NCBI GenBank assembly: GCA_030141605.1
Contig: JAQGDQ010000089.1
Location: forward strand, 558,001 to 622,000
From: Tubiluchus corallicola
Taxonomy: Eukaryota > Animalia > Priapulida
DNA length: 64,000 nucleotides
Direction: 5' to 3'
Under the pieces are notes generated by a model, which did no database searches, was not told the origin of the DNA, and saw nothing but the letters and a program-made list of their open reading frames with translations. Below are positions 1 to 11,730 of the stretch, piece by piece. The stretch's first letter is position 1; the number at the start of each line of letters is the position of its first letter. Position numbers and translations under genes: made by a program.

Positions 1-1
1 C

Positions 2-1852
2 ACATTCTACAATGGCGCTCCGCCTGAACAAGCATGTGTCCATCCTGACCTTTTTGCAAACTCAGAAGCAGTAGCCAGCCGATTCAAAAAGTTGCAACCA
101 CTTCAGTGTCGAGAAAATATGTGGTTGTATGTTCAGAATGGCAAGCTTTTGATCAATACCACCGCAGTGACTAATGACAATATTGATCCAAGTTCACTTC
201 AGTGCACATACCAGGAGATGCACTGGGTTAATGACTTCACAACTAGTTTATCCCAACACATGCCATTGTCTTTGACTAATGGACATCAAATCCCCACCGA
301 GTTCTTTCTAACTGAATGCATTGGCTACAAACAAGGCCGTGTAAAGTTTTTCTCAAAGAGACGACAAAAAGATTACCATGCTCATATTGTGGTGGATCAG
401 ACTGAGCTTGAAAAAATGAACAAGCAGCCTGTTACGGATTTATCACTCAATCTTGATGTTATTCTTTTTGCATTTGATTCAGTGTCTAGCATGGCTTGGA
501 GACATCTGATGCCATTGTCATACAATTACATGGTTGCTGAATTGGGAACTATTGTACTCGAGGGCTACAACATCGTTGGAGATGGTACACCAGCTGCCAC
601 GACACCAATACTGACTGGCAAAAACGAATGGGAATTACCGGACTGTCTGAAACGACATAAAAATTCCTCAACCGTAGATATTTATCCTATGATCTGGCAA
701 GATTTCAAAAAGCATGGCTTTATGACCCAGTGGATAGAGGATCAACCTCATATTGCTACGTATACATACAGAATGCGGGGTTTCAAGGTTAAACCAGTTG
801 ACCATTACATGCGCACTTGGTACCTGCGTGCCTACCCGCATTACAAGAATCGCGAACCGACGCTTTGCATAGGTGACAAGCCACGCCATGTGATTGCAAT
901 AAATTACTTGCTTGAATTTTTGACAAAATATAAAGACAAGCGAAAGTTTTCCTTCTTTTTCTTCAACGAGGTCAGTCACGATGACATAAATACATTGCAG
1001 TATGCCGATAAAGATTTTTTAAAGTTTTTGAAGGAAATCAAAGAAACTGGTATTTTGGACAGGTCACTGCTGATCGCGTTTAGTGATCATGGAGCTCGTT
1101 TCCATCACTTGCGTGATACATCACTAGGCCTACTTGAAGAAAGAATGCCCTTCATGTCTGTTACGCTTCCGCCGCGGTTTAAACATGATTATCCTCAAGA
1201 ATGGGCTAACCTTAAAAATAATATTCACAGGTTAACTACACCATATGACATCCATCCATTCCTTCAAGAGTTTATTGAATTCCGTGGTGCCAAAAGGAAA
1301 TTTACCGTCTCTAGCCGTGGTATTAGTTTGTTTGCAGAGGTACCACTGGAAAGAACCTGTAGAGATGCTGGAGTGGACAACCACTGGTGCACATGTGTCA
1401 CATGGGAGACACTCCAGCCGTCAGATAAGAACTACATGTTAGTAGCAAATGCTGTTGTAGATGCGATTAATGAAATAGTTGCTGATCGCAGTGACGTATG
1501 TGTAAAAATTTCTCTCGTCAGTGTTGAACGTGTCTCTAAAATGAAGGCCAAGAAAGAGGTTTTGACTTTTGATGGAACGATCGACGACGATGGCCAGGTT
1601 GCTTCATTTAAAGGCAAAGAAGTTGCATTTGCTTCTCTGGATTATCAGGTTGTGGTGCTAACCGATCCAGGAGAGTCTTTATTCGAGGCAACCGTAAAAT
1701 TAAGCACTGAAGGTGTGCCTTTTGTCGAAGAGAGCAGCATTAGTAGAATAAATGCTTATGGAAGGGCCTCTCATTGTATTTATAATGAGAGAGATGATCT
1801 TAGAAAATATTGCTATTGCAAAGACCTCCTCAGAAATACTAATCACTTATAA
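2..1852 (+). CDS. DUF229 family protein (alkaline phosphatase/sulfatase-like fold), long coding exon; 5' end lies outside the window
   Basis: Frame is open from base 2 (TFYNGAPPEQACVHPDLF...) to TAA at 1850-1852. Motifs FDSVS, LEGYNIVGDGT, SHDD, FSDHGARF, EERMPF, RLTTPYDIH, RTCRDAGV..HWCTC and C-terminal SRINAYG...LRKYCYC are typical of DUF229 proteins. Confidence 0.9.
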   Translation, partial: TFYNGAPPEQACVHPDLFANSEAVASRFKKLQPLQCRENMWLYVQNGKLLINTTAVTNDNIDPSSLQCTYQEMHWVNDFTTSLSQHMPLSLTNGHQIPTEFFLTECIGYKQGRVKFFSKRRQKDYHAHIVVDQTELEKMNKQPVTDLSLNLDVILFAFDSVSSMAWRHLMPLSYNYMVAELGTIVLEGYNIVGDGTPAATTPILTGKNEWELPDCLKRHKNSSTVDIYPMIWQDFKKHGFMTQWIEDQPHIATYTYRMRGFKVKPVDHYMRTWYLRAYPHYKNREPTLCIGDKPRHVIAINYLLEFLTKYKDKRKFSFFFFNEVSHDDINTLQYADKDFLKFLKEIKETGILDRSLLIAFSDHGARFHHLRDTSLGLLEERMPFMSVTLPPRFKHDYPQEWANLKNNIHRLTTPYDIHPFLQEFIEFRGAKRKFTVSSRGISLFAEVPLERTCRDAGVDNHWCTCVTWETLQPSDKNYMLVANAVVDAINEIVADRSDVCVKISLVSVERVSKMKAKKEVLTFDGTIDDDGQVASFKGKEVAFASLDYQVVVLTDPGESLFEATVKLSTEGVPFVEESSISRINAYGRASHCIYNERDDLRKYCYCKDLLRNTNHL

Positions 1853-2474
1853 ATGTATTATAAATTTATGAGGCGATTTGACCTTGCTCTGGTGCTTAGG
1901 GTCTATATGTCAGTCTGAAACCCTTTCTTTGCATATTCAAACAGTGTGAACACAGTCAAGCACATTCAAAAATGTTCAAATTGCATGCTTTTGCACATTT
2001 GCTTAGTGCTCATTCATTGTATTTATTATTAGGACGCACTGTAGGGAATATGCTAATTTATTACTTAATGTGTTGTTGCAGATGATGTTTCCCGTAGTTA
2101 TTGATTGTGATATTATACAGTTTCAGACAACTTAGTCTGCACATACTATGGTTGTAGAAACATAATTATTAACATTCAATGCAATAATCAGTATTCCCAG
2201 GAGGTTTTTCTTATATTCCTCGTGTTGATATTAGTTGGCACATTTAGTTAATGTGATAGAGTTTCCCGGTGAGTTGTTCTAAATTTTAACTATTTAAGCA
2301 GCTAGGTATATCCAAAAATTGGTTTTTGTAATAGTGTAAAAGTTACGAAAATTAATGGTCTGTCCATATTTCTTGGTATTGTTTTATATATTATTAGTAT
2401 TATTATGAGTTTATTTCACATGAAAATATACAGCTTACAAAGACAAAGATGTTAGTAAAACAGGTAATGCGAGG

Positions 2475-2513
<39 letters not shown>

Positions 2514-2515
2514 TA

Positions 2516-2583
2516 GGAAAGGCCTCTCATTGTATTTATAATGAGAAAGATGATCTTAGAAAATATTGCTATTGCAAAGACCT
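2516..2583 (+). repeat. 68-bp copy of the DUF229 CDS 3' end (1760-1827) embedded in a (TA)n tract
   Basis: ggaaaggcctctcattg...gcaaagacct matches 1760-1827 with 2 mismatches; TA repeats lie on both sides. Confidence 0.95.
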
Positions 2584-3250
2584 ATCATGTATATATATAT
2601 ATTTTCCTTTGTATGTCTTTCTGTCAAAGGATGATAGCTTTCACATAATTTAATATGTTATGAAAAGTAACATAGAGTCCTACTGTTTTTTAAAGTTTAG
2701 CTTTAGTACTACATATCATGTACCTGTATTTTTAGATGTTTATTTTTGTATAGAATATACGTATAGTATATCGTATAACAGTTTTATAGTCACAGGACTT
2801 TCTGGTTGTGCCTGAGTCCAATAAGAATGTTGAGACGGAAAGATCCAGCCATAGGAAGTTTGCCGATTAAGTCAATAAGTACTGTGTTATTGTTTTTTAA
2901 ATGGTTTTCGGCATTTCGAACGATAAATGTGTTTTGGTAGATGTATGTAAGCAAAGTTTGAGAGCAACTGTATCACCTGGCGGGAAAAATACCTCATGTG
3001 TACATATTTAGTATTTGTGTAGTGATGATATTCAATTTAAAATTATAGTGATGTTGTGATTTAGGTTGTTATGTAGTACTTTTTTACAGTTAAGTTAGAT
3101 CAGGTAAATTGTATTTCTTAAACCAAAAAAATCAGGATGTAGTGCAAGTTTCCTAAGATGTGTTAAGTGATTTTGTAAACTTAGTTGTGATCAGCTATGA
3201 ACAAAATTTAATGTAATCAAAATTGTGAGACCATAGCAGCCAAGTCTTTT

Positions 3251-3330
3251 ATTATAATGATAATCCTGTTTTAATCTATTATAATGATAATCCTGTTTTA
3301 ATCTATTATAATGATAATCCTGTTTTAATC
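3251..3330. repeat. 27-bp tandem repeat, 3 copies
   Basis: attataatgataatcctgttttaatct repeated three times. Confidence 0.95.
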
Positions 3331-3518
3331 GTTGTACTGCAGCCAAGCTCTATTTGGCTCTTTTAAAGTTAATATAAGTTTCTTACGATTTTGAATATTA
3401 TTAAACTACCTGTGATTATGGAATGTTATTCAGTTTAATCAGCCTTATATGCACAAAGTTATTTACATTTATTGTGATTTTCTCACCAACGATTTTTAAC
3501 CACGCCATTTTTATTTGT

Positions 3519-4142
3519 CAGGGTTTCATGGGGCTTTGCGTTTTTTGCAGCTATCCGAAAATTTCCAAGTTCAACAGTCACCAAATATGCTCCAAAAGTT
3601 GCCCAAATAGTCGCAAGACATTTGCAGTTGTCTGCCGTTGTCGACGAAATGTTGCTGGCTTTGGCAAACATTTTGAGGTGTTTGAAGTTTGTCATTGGAG
3701 TCACAAAACACACGAAAGCTTTTCCAAACTGTCGTAAGGATGTCTGAACATGTGCAGACCTGCGCAAAAATATGTCGCCAGTTATTTGTGATATTTGGCA
3801 ACAATTTCAAAATCCTTGAAAATTGGAGAACATTTGAGACGTTTTTGAGAATGCTGTGTCCTCAGTTGTCTCACATTTTTTTCCGAGAAAATTCTGTGAA
3901 ATGGTCGCAATATGTCTGTAACAGTAGCTTTATCGCACAAATCATCAAATATGTACAAACATGTTACGCGTAATTTTCGCCAAAGCGGGCAAAAAACTAA
4001 AAGTGGCGAAATTATTAAGGGTTTCTTTGCACTAATGAATTGCGATATGGGGACGACATTTTTACAATCGGGAGAATTCTCTGGAGACTGTTGGACTTAA
4101 AAAAATTTTTCTAAAAGAAAGTTGTGGCCCCATCAGACCCTG
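3519..4142. mobile_element. Non-autonomous hAT-like MITE
   Basis: Terminal inverted repeats CAGGGTTTCATGGGGC and (reverse complement) CAGGGTCTGATGGGGC match at 14/16; no TSD preserved. Confidence 0.65.
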
Positions 4143-6102
4143 GCTTAAAAACCAATTGTTATAGTTCTTACTAATTAAAAATAAGTGGGTTGTTTAAAAC
4201 AAGTTTGAAAAAGTTTGTGAATTTAGTTAGGAGATATTAAAAATGTTAGCACCATGGCACACTCTGTACAGTTTTCATATGCCTTATTAATGTGCTTCCT
4301 GATATATTTTCAAGTATTACTTCATTTAGTTGAAAATAAATGTGGACGTCTTTATGGACAATGTGTTAGTTCACAGGCTATTTCTTTGTTACGATTACCC
4401 TTCGGGGCAACGCTCTAGGCAAATTTCGTTAGTCTGGGCAAGTTACAATAAACCAATAAAACATTGTCAAATCGTGTTTTATAAAAACTTTATTCTAGTT
4501 AAATTCATTCTCATAATGTGCTGAATAACAAGGAAAAGAAATTGATTTAAAAATAATTAACTGTTATATTGTGACATATTAGATACTTATAGAACTGTAC
4601 TTAGATTTACCACATATTATAGCAAATGATGCATCAATATTATAATATTATTAAAATCATGATCGGTACATTAGAAAAGCTAAATTTATTTCAAAATCTA
4701 GCAGATGACGACACTGAACTTACAGGCAGTATTATTATGGTATAACATGTGCAATTCCTGCCAGCTAGTGATAAAAAACAACAATGTAGCTATCGCTCAA
4801 GTAAGTTTAAAATGTGTATCATTAATTATAGTTTGCAAGAGACACAGACTGATCTTTAAAACAAAAATATCATTGTTGTACATTGTGCTGACTGTGCAAA
4901 CCCCATTTGCATGCAATTTGTAAATGCTAAAGACATTATGACATCCGCATTACAAAGTGATTAAACTATTAACAGCGCATCAAATACTCATGTATTGGAA
5001 CTCATGTCCTAGGGCAATGGAATCAGATGAAGAATTCTTGGCTTTCGTAGTGCATCTATAAACAAATGATAACTACAGAATAGGACTATAAACTAATTTG
5101 GCTGGCTTTTACATTAGGTTAATAAAAATTCGTGCACACAAATGATGCCTACATGATTGTTTGAAAAAGCACAGAATGACTACATAACGCCAACAAGATA
5201 AAATCATAAAGCAAACAAGAAAAGTTACGATAATCTTAAAATATTCTGAACATCGGTAAATTTTTACTGTAATTAAACAAAAACAGGACCTAATTTTAAA
5301 TAACAGTTCGAAATGGCATACGGTTTTAAAAGGAAATATTGTTTTTTAAGAATGATGTAATAATTAATTCAAAATGAATTAATAATGACTCAAAAATAAT
5401 TGCTAGGCAAGGAATCATGTTAGTCCAGTAAACCGAGCTTTTAAACAAGAAATTCTGCTGTGTTTTGTTTATTATTGTTACACAGCATTGCTGTATTTTA
5501 ATTTTCCCCGTTATCAACAAGTACGAGATGCTCACACCTGGAAAGTTCCTGTCAATGGAAACTTTTTACCCCGTATTTGCGGGAGAATTAATTTTCTATG
5601 TTATCCTTTAATCATCAGAAACACTTTGGTAATAATTACAAGTAATAAAATGTGTATTTTGTTGCAGTGGTGGTCAAACGAATTACAGTCTGAAAATTGT
5701 CTTGTTTGCGTTTAAGCAAAATTCAACTTGAGTGAAAGAATTGTTTTGGTTCTGAAATAACACGACATAAGTACCTTTTCTGAGACACAGAAGACTGATA
5801 CCGTATTGCAATTATATCTTCTATATCCTTAACTCATCGAAGTAGCTAATTAAGCTGTAGAGCCTGTTCAAAGAAGTGGTATCATGCTCAAGAAAACTAA
5901 ATATGGCATAACAACTTTAGAGGAAGATCTAACAGAGACTTGATAATAATTTATAAACATTCTTAGATCATCTGATGATATACCAGTCAAATGTGTCCAT
6001 TAAATATGCATATATAATAGTACATACATAAATAATCACTAACCTAGTACACAAATTGTTAGGCCTACATTCATGCAAAGATTTAAAAAATCAACAATTT
6101 CA

Positions 6103-7183
6103 TAGGGGTGCAAAGAATCCAGGTTTACCAAATCAGGGACCTTAAAGACCGGAACCAGATCCCGTGTATAGGTAAAGCAATATTGTGCTTCACACAAAAA
6201 TATTGTTCTATGTAACTTACAAGATCTATGTCGATGCATGACATAAGCAACAAGAGCACTTGCTGCTACTACATTCCTTCTCATGTTGATAATCTGGATC
6301 TTATACTTAGTTTATTCACTTTTTTAATTTAATTTATGTCTGAAATTTGAGCAGAACTTTGGCGAAAGTGCTCAGAATAATAATATTAAAAATGGAGTAA
6401 AGTACAGTAGAGTTCGCTTAAATCCACAGATAATAAATCCAGCTGCTCATTGTGGCCACCATGGCTGGAACAGAACTGCATAAAGCTTTAATCGAGTAAA
6501 ATGCGCCGTATATTAAATACAAACTTCGCTTTATAAACCCATCTTACATGCTTTGAAGACAATAAAATTGCGACGTAGGAACCGCAGACTTGTCCTGCAT
6601 TTTAACTTGAGCTAGAGCAGAGTCTTTGTTTTAAGTAAGTTTTACATCTTTGCATCTTTTCCACTTAATTCTTTGCCTTTAGCATTCTAATGCAGAAGCG
6701 TCAGTGCAGCACAAGATGAGAGGTTTAATTAGGTTAAACTAACACGCTGATTCTTGCTGACAAACTGTTGTGCGCGAGAATGTTGATGACTCAAATAAAT
6801 ATGAATGCTGAATCAATATAGCATATCGCATTTCTTAAGTTTGCAAGCAGTTTATCACAATGTAAAGGCTAATGCATCATAGAGAAACAATACATACATC
6901 ACCGTTAATAAATTACCGCAACTTAAAAACTTTTCGCAAAAGCAGTTTAACGAGTGTCAAGAGTATTGGCTTCATAAATAAACAATACATACTGTAATAA
7001 CATTGAACGCGTTACTTAATATGTCTCTTCGGTTTGTAAATCCAACTGCTTAATAAATTCATTTAACTTCCTACCTAGGTAGATTTAGTAAGCAGATTAT
7101 ACTTTATATGCTAATATATAACCACCCAATTTTATCGATACTTTTTACCGGATATGAATGGCTGGATCGCATCTGCACCCCTA
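6103..7183. mobile_element. hAT-like MITE with TAGGGGTGCA termini, interrupted by a nested element
   Basis: TAGGGGTGCA at 6103 and its reverse complement at 7174-7183; flanking 8-mers caatttca / taatttga match 6/8, consistent with an aged 8-bp TSD. Confidence 0.7.
6405..7104. mobile_element. Tc1/mariner-pogo (Tigger-like) MITE nested in the hAT MITE
   Basis: Left end TA|CAGTAGAGTTCGCTTAAATCCAC; degenerate inverted right end gtagatttagtaagcagattatactt|TA. Confidence 0.6.
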
Positions 7184-7863
7184 TAATTTGATGTATAAAT
7201 AGCAACAGCACACTACCTAAAGGTTAAAAAAATAGCATTACTTTGTGCAATTGTTAATGAACAATTCATCCTTCATGTGCAGCTTCCAACATAGAAGTAA
7301 AAATAACTATAAGTAATAGATCAAATAGACTGTATGTGCAGTATATAGTAGTGTGTTTCGTTAATTTTTATATAATGCTATATCTTTTATTTGGTACATT
7401 TTAAATGCTATTTTATATGGAAGAAATTCTGAAATAAAGGCTTAAATTCGAATTTAAATTCATTCACAGAGAGAAAGTAACTATTAGTGTTTCTGTGATT
7501 AGTAAAACAATGCTTACTTTCATCTCTTACAACTTTCAAACTTAACATTCACTTTCACAGATGCAGTGGTTTCTCACGGCTACCAGCATAAACTGCTGGC
7601 TAGAGCAAAAGATTTTGGCCAAACCGAGTACAAAGAGAATTGAGAAATATGGTTAGTTCCTTTTGGGTACATTGTTTATTTAACTGGATATCGGGTAGAC
7701 TTGCACGATTTCTGAACCTTCAACGGTAGTGAGCATTTCACCAGAAACTGAGTGAAGTGTCATAAATAGAACTACGTGAAAGTTAAAGTTTTTATGAGAG
7801 GCCCAGTGAAAAGAGTAAAGAACGGTAAAATTAACACTAATCAGGACACAATCAGACCCAGTC

Positions 7864-7959
7864 CTACAGTAGTTGGCACGTACAGCACTTGGTGTCTTTC
7901 GGCTTTTTGCTCTGTTCCGGGTTTTTTCTGTTTATCTGTCTCACCAGGTCGAAGAAAAT
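7864..7959 (-). CDS. rap1: Rap1 GTPase coding exon 6 (IFFDLVRQINRKNPEQSKKPKDTKCCTCQLL*)
   Basis: Acceptor tcttatcttctag; ends in CAAX box CQLL and TAG; matches the Rap1 C-terminus. Confidence 0.95.
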   Translation of the reverse strand: MFFDLVRQINRKNPEQSKKPKDTKCCTCQLL

Positions 7960-8089
7960 CTAGAAGATAAGAATAGGAATGTTATATAAATTTTTTAAGT
8001 TACACCAAAAAATAAATCTGTTTATACTATGAGTGTTGAAAAATGGCACACATATGACGGCAAGATAGATAACTAAGTGGTCACGGTGT

Positions 8090-8355
8090 ATGGTGAGTGA
8101 TCAACTGATGTTAAGCAAGGTCAAGATATATGCCTCAGTATGTGGCTAGATCACCTTTTAGTTCAATATTTGGTCTGATCCTAATTGCGACTTTTACCTC
8201 TTTCAAATCTGATGAAGGATGTTGGTTCAGTGGCTCATCTTAGCAGATTAACTTTGATAAAAAGAGAGATTGTGACTATTACCAATGCTAAGGGGGGCCT
8301 GCACCTGAGTATTTGAGTTCAGCTTGCAATGTGCCAAACTGTATGTAAAAAAATA
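8090..8355 (+). mobile_element. Degenerate SINE with 5S rRNA-like head (copy A)
   Basis: gatcaactgatgttaagcaaggtcaag...cagtatgtggctagatcacc resembles the 5S A-box to C-box region; shares tgttggttcagtggctcatcttag with copies B and C. Confidence 0.5.
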
Positions 8356-10011
8356 GTAAAGACAGCAAGTGTAACAGATGTAAAATAAGTAACAAAGTAA
8401 GTGGTAAGATTCACTTATTATGTCTACTCACTCTGTATCATAAATACTAGTTTTATTTAATATTTATGCAAACATCTTCTAAATTAGCATCATAAAACAT
8501 CAAAATGTGTACAGCTAGTAAAACAGATTTGTCAGTAAATAAGTAGCATAATGGGTAGAATAAATGGAAAACATGGGTGCAAACGTAATGATCATCATAG
8601 ACATTAAATAAAAGTTGCATTATATGTTATTAAACAATCGTCGTCAAATGGTAATAAATGCTAATGAACAAGAAATAAACCAGGAGTTTTCTTAAGACAA
8701 CAATGGTTTTACTTATAATTACTGAAATGAAAACTTCAAAAATGTAAATCATCATGCGCTTGTCTAGCAAACTTTTCCCGAATTATACCATGTAAACAAT
8801 GAATGTTGCTGCAAAATCTAGTGTATTTTTGTTTTTTTATATCAATACTTCGACACTGTCTTTTTCAAAAATATGTAGCCAAAAGTATAATATGCACAAT
8901 CATGGAATTAAAAATGTTAATTCCAAATTCGATGAATTTCGATTCAAATTACTTTCTTACAAAGAAAACTTACTGGTGCAGAGAAAAACCTCAAAATCGA
9001 TAAATTAAAGTTAAAGAAACATAATCGCACCATTTTAGTGGAAGCAACAAAGTGCTGAACCGAACAGGCCCTACTAAAAACCTGGCTTTGCTTATATATA
9101 AGTGCTTTCCTGAAACAGGGGTGCAGCCTGTCAAATTCTTCATGCCACTACAATGACTATCTCCCGTTGCATTAAAATTTGAAGTATCCAAAGAGAAAAA
9201 GTGTCTTTGCAATTTCTAATTAATTTGGTAGGGCTTTTAGCAGGGATTTAATGTGGTGACTAGTACAATTTTTCCAAGAAGTTCTGTAATACTGTAGTAT
9301 CAAGCTGCGATCATTAATGTTGTACAATGGCATAGTTGACATCGCGATTAAACACGGCCCTCCGATCTTCTTTAAATTTATCAGATAAAGTTCTGCTTGT
9401 TTCACCATAATAACTTTTTTTTGATATAAACAGTATTTTAGTCGATAAATCATATTACAAATTCTGCATGCCCCTGGTTCAAAGAAGTAGAGATTTCACA
9501 CTGTGGTTGCTTGTCACAAGTTAGAATAGCTATATCAGATTTACTCTAAGAATGTGCATATTATACTGATGGCTGCATATCCTTGAAAAAAAATGCAATT
9601 TCGAAAAGTTGATATAAGAATACACTAGATTTTACTGCAACAAGCACGGTTTATTTCTTTATTTAGATGGTATATTATAAATAGAAATGTTTAGCATTCC
9701 AACTAGTTAAAGCGTTGAATTCCTCGGAACTTGTGAAAGCGTTGCACTTTATCAGTAGAATAGTGTGATAGATCTTGTACGAACAAAACTGAATGATCAA
9801 ATATAATAGTGTTTCAGAATTTTTTGCTATATTCAACTGCAAATAACTATTGTTTCAAGTGTTTAGCTTTAGCACACAAGTAAGTAACCAATACGTGTCT
9901 CACACAAATGATTTCTTAGTTATTCATCCATGAACTGACAACACAGAAATATGCCAAATTGAACCACAGAAATACAAATCCTTCAAAATCCGGTTTTTGC
10001 TGTACACAAAG

Positions 10012-10533
10012 CAGGGCCTGAATTTCGTTATATTTTGCCAGAATATAAGCAGTTTCTCGATGTGACTTTTTCCCAGAATCCAGAGAATTGAGGTCTAACT
10101 TACATAGTTCAAGTACAATGAATTACAATTATTGAAACAGCGAAGATTTAATTTCAATTTAAAGCGATTTATTATAAGGATTAATCACTATTAGTATTAA
10201 CATCTTTTTCAGAATGAGACCTAACATTTCCTGATTCAGTCTCTGTTTCCTCTGCAGAGAAACCGTTTTTCTTGCAGGCTTTGATAATGCCACGTTTGAG
10301 AAGTTCTTTACACAAAACATGAACAATTTTACTGATAACTTGACAAAATGGCCATTTCCAAACTTTATACCCCTCTGTCTCAAGTATGTATTCTTGTTGG
10401 CTTGGCAACGAGCATAGAACCATATGATTTTTACGTGCAACTCTGATTCGTGCAACTAGCTTCGCGATAATGGACATTGCAATGAACATTTACGCGAATG
10501 GATTCGGGGATTCGCATTGAAATTCTGGCCCGT
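10012..10533 (-). mobile_element. hAT-derived deletion element with a zinc-finger transposase remnant
   Basis: TIRs CAGGGCCTGAATTTC and (reverse complement) CGGGCCAGAATTTC. Frameshifted minus-strand peptide RQRGIKFGNGHFVKLSVKLF / LCKELLKRGIIK resembles CGGBP/BED-type N-terminal fingers of hAT transposases. Confidence 0.55.
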
Positions 10534-10633
10534 AATGCAAGCTGAGTCAACAAAAATAGCATACAATCGCAAAATAATAGTTACAAAAATACTAACAAAG
10601 ACAAATGGATTTAGTTCAACTTAATGAGCTTAC

Positions 10634-10777
10634 TTCGCTAATGTTGATTTTTGCCTTCGCTGATGATTCCAGAAATGTGTGTATGTTGTAGCTGCGTGCA
10701 AAGTTTTGGCCTTGGTCCTTGCCTACGACTCTTTCGTCTTCCAAGTCGCACTTGTTCCCAACGAGCACCATTGGTAC
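10634..10777 (-). CDS. rap1: Rap1 coding exon 5 ([48 protein letters not shown])
   Basis: tttttag acceptor and gtaagc donor; G4 NKCD and G5 SAK motifs. Confidence 0.97.
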
Positions 10778-10939
10778 CTAAAAAAACTAAAATCTTAGAA
10801 TAATGTCATCATTTTAACAAATATGTGTTTTTGTCATCTAATACCCTGATTTTGATCTAGGCCAGATACATGTTACAGCTTGACAATTTTCAAAAAATAC
10901 TGTAATCCTAAAGTGCGCCAGAAGATGACGATAGAACGA

Positions 10940-11730
10940 TAAGCCATCTAAAAAGAAATATTTGTTTCTGTCTTACCTCATGAGCTTAAGAGATGTCAGT
11001 AGGGAGGAAAGAAAATTTACGCTTTCATTAAAGCTTTGTGAATGTCTAAAACTGAATCGTAGAATATTTAAAATCAGTTGAAATCAAAGTTTGTTTATGC
11101 CCTCTGGTTAGCAGTAATGTTTTAAATTCTTTCAATGCACATTTCTCACACTTTAAAATGTTTTTTAGTTTTTCATTACTAAATTATCATATAATTATCA
11201 ATTATCATATACATACGTCTCTTTTTTGTATGTATAAACTTAAGTTCTGATAATTACGATGTAAACCGCGAAATTACTCGGCCTTGATGGCGGAAAATAT
11301 GATACTTTTAGCCTCCAATTATCACAATGCACGTCGATTCTATAAAGTATTGTATTTTCCACTATCAAGTGTATTTAAGACCAAGTAGTATTGTGGTTTA
11401 CATCATAATTATCAGAACATAAGTTCATACATACAAAAAAAGACTTATGTATACGATAATCGATAATTATATGATAATTTAACCTCCAATACACACAAAA
11501 ACCTGGCCGAAAGTTAACCTTAGAAAAAAATAGCTGCGTTCTGGCCGGATCGATAATATTATCATGATTATTGCATTTTACGTTTCAAATTAAAAAAAAT
11601 ACGCTTTTATATGACTGCATCACGTAAGTATATGAACATACAAAAAATTTATAACAGCGGCCATGTGTTTGGTAAAAAAATATTACTCCAGCAATTAGAT
11701 GGAAACAGAAGTATTTTTATTGTTGACTTA
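10940..11730. mobile_element. TIR MITE family X, copy 1 (Rap1 intron), with internal fold-back
   Basis: Shares ctcatgagct.aa.agatgtcag, aaatcagttga.atcaaagtttg, ttttatatgactg and aaacagaagtatttttattg blocks with copies 2 and 3; ends are imperfect inverted repeats (aaaaatattt.gtttctgtct / gaaacagaagtattttt). Confidence 0.8.
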
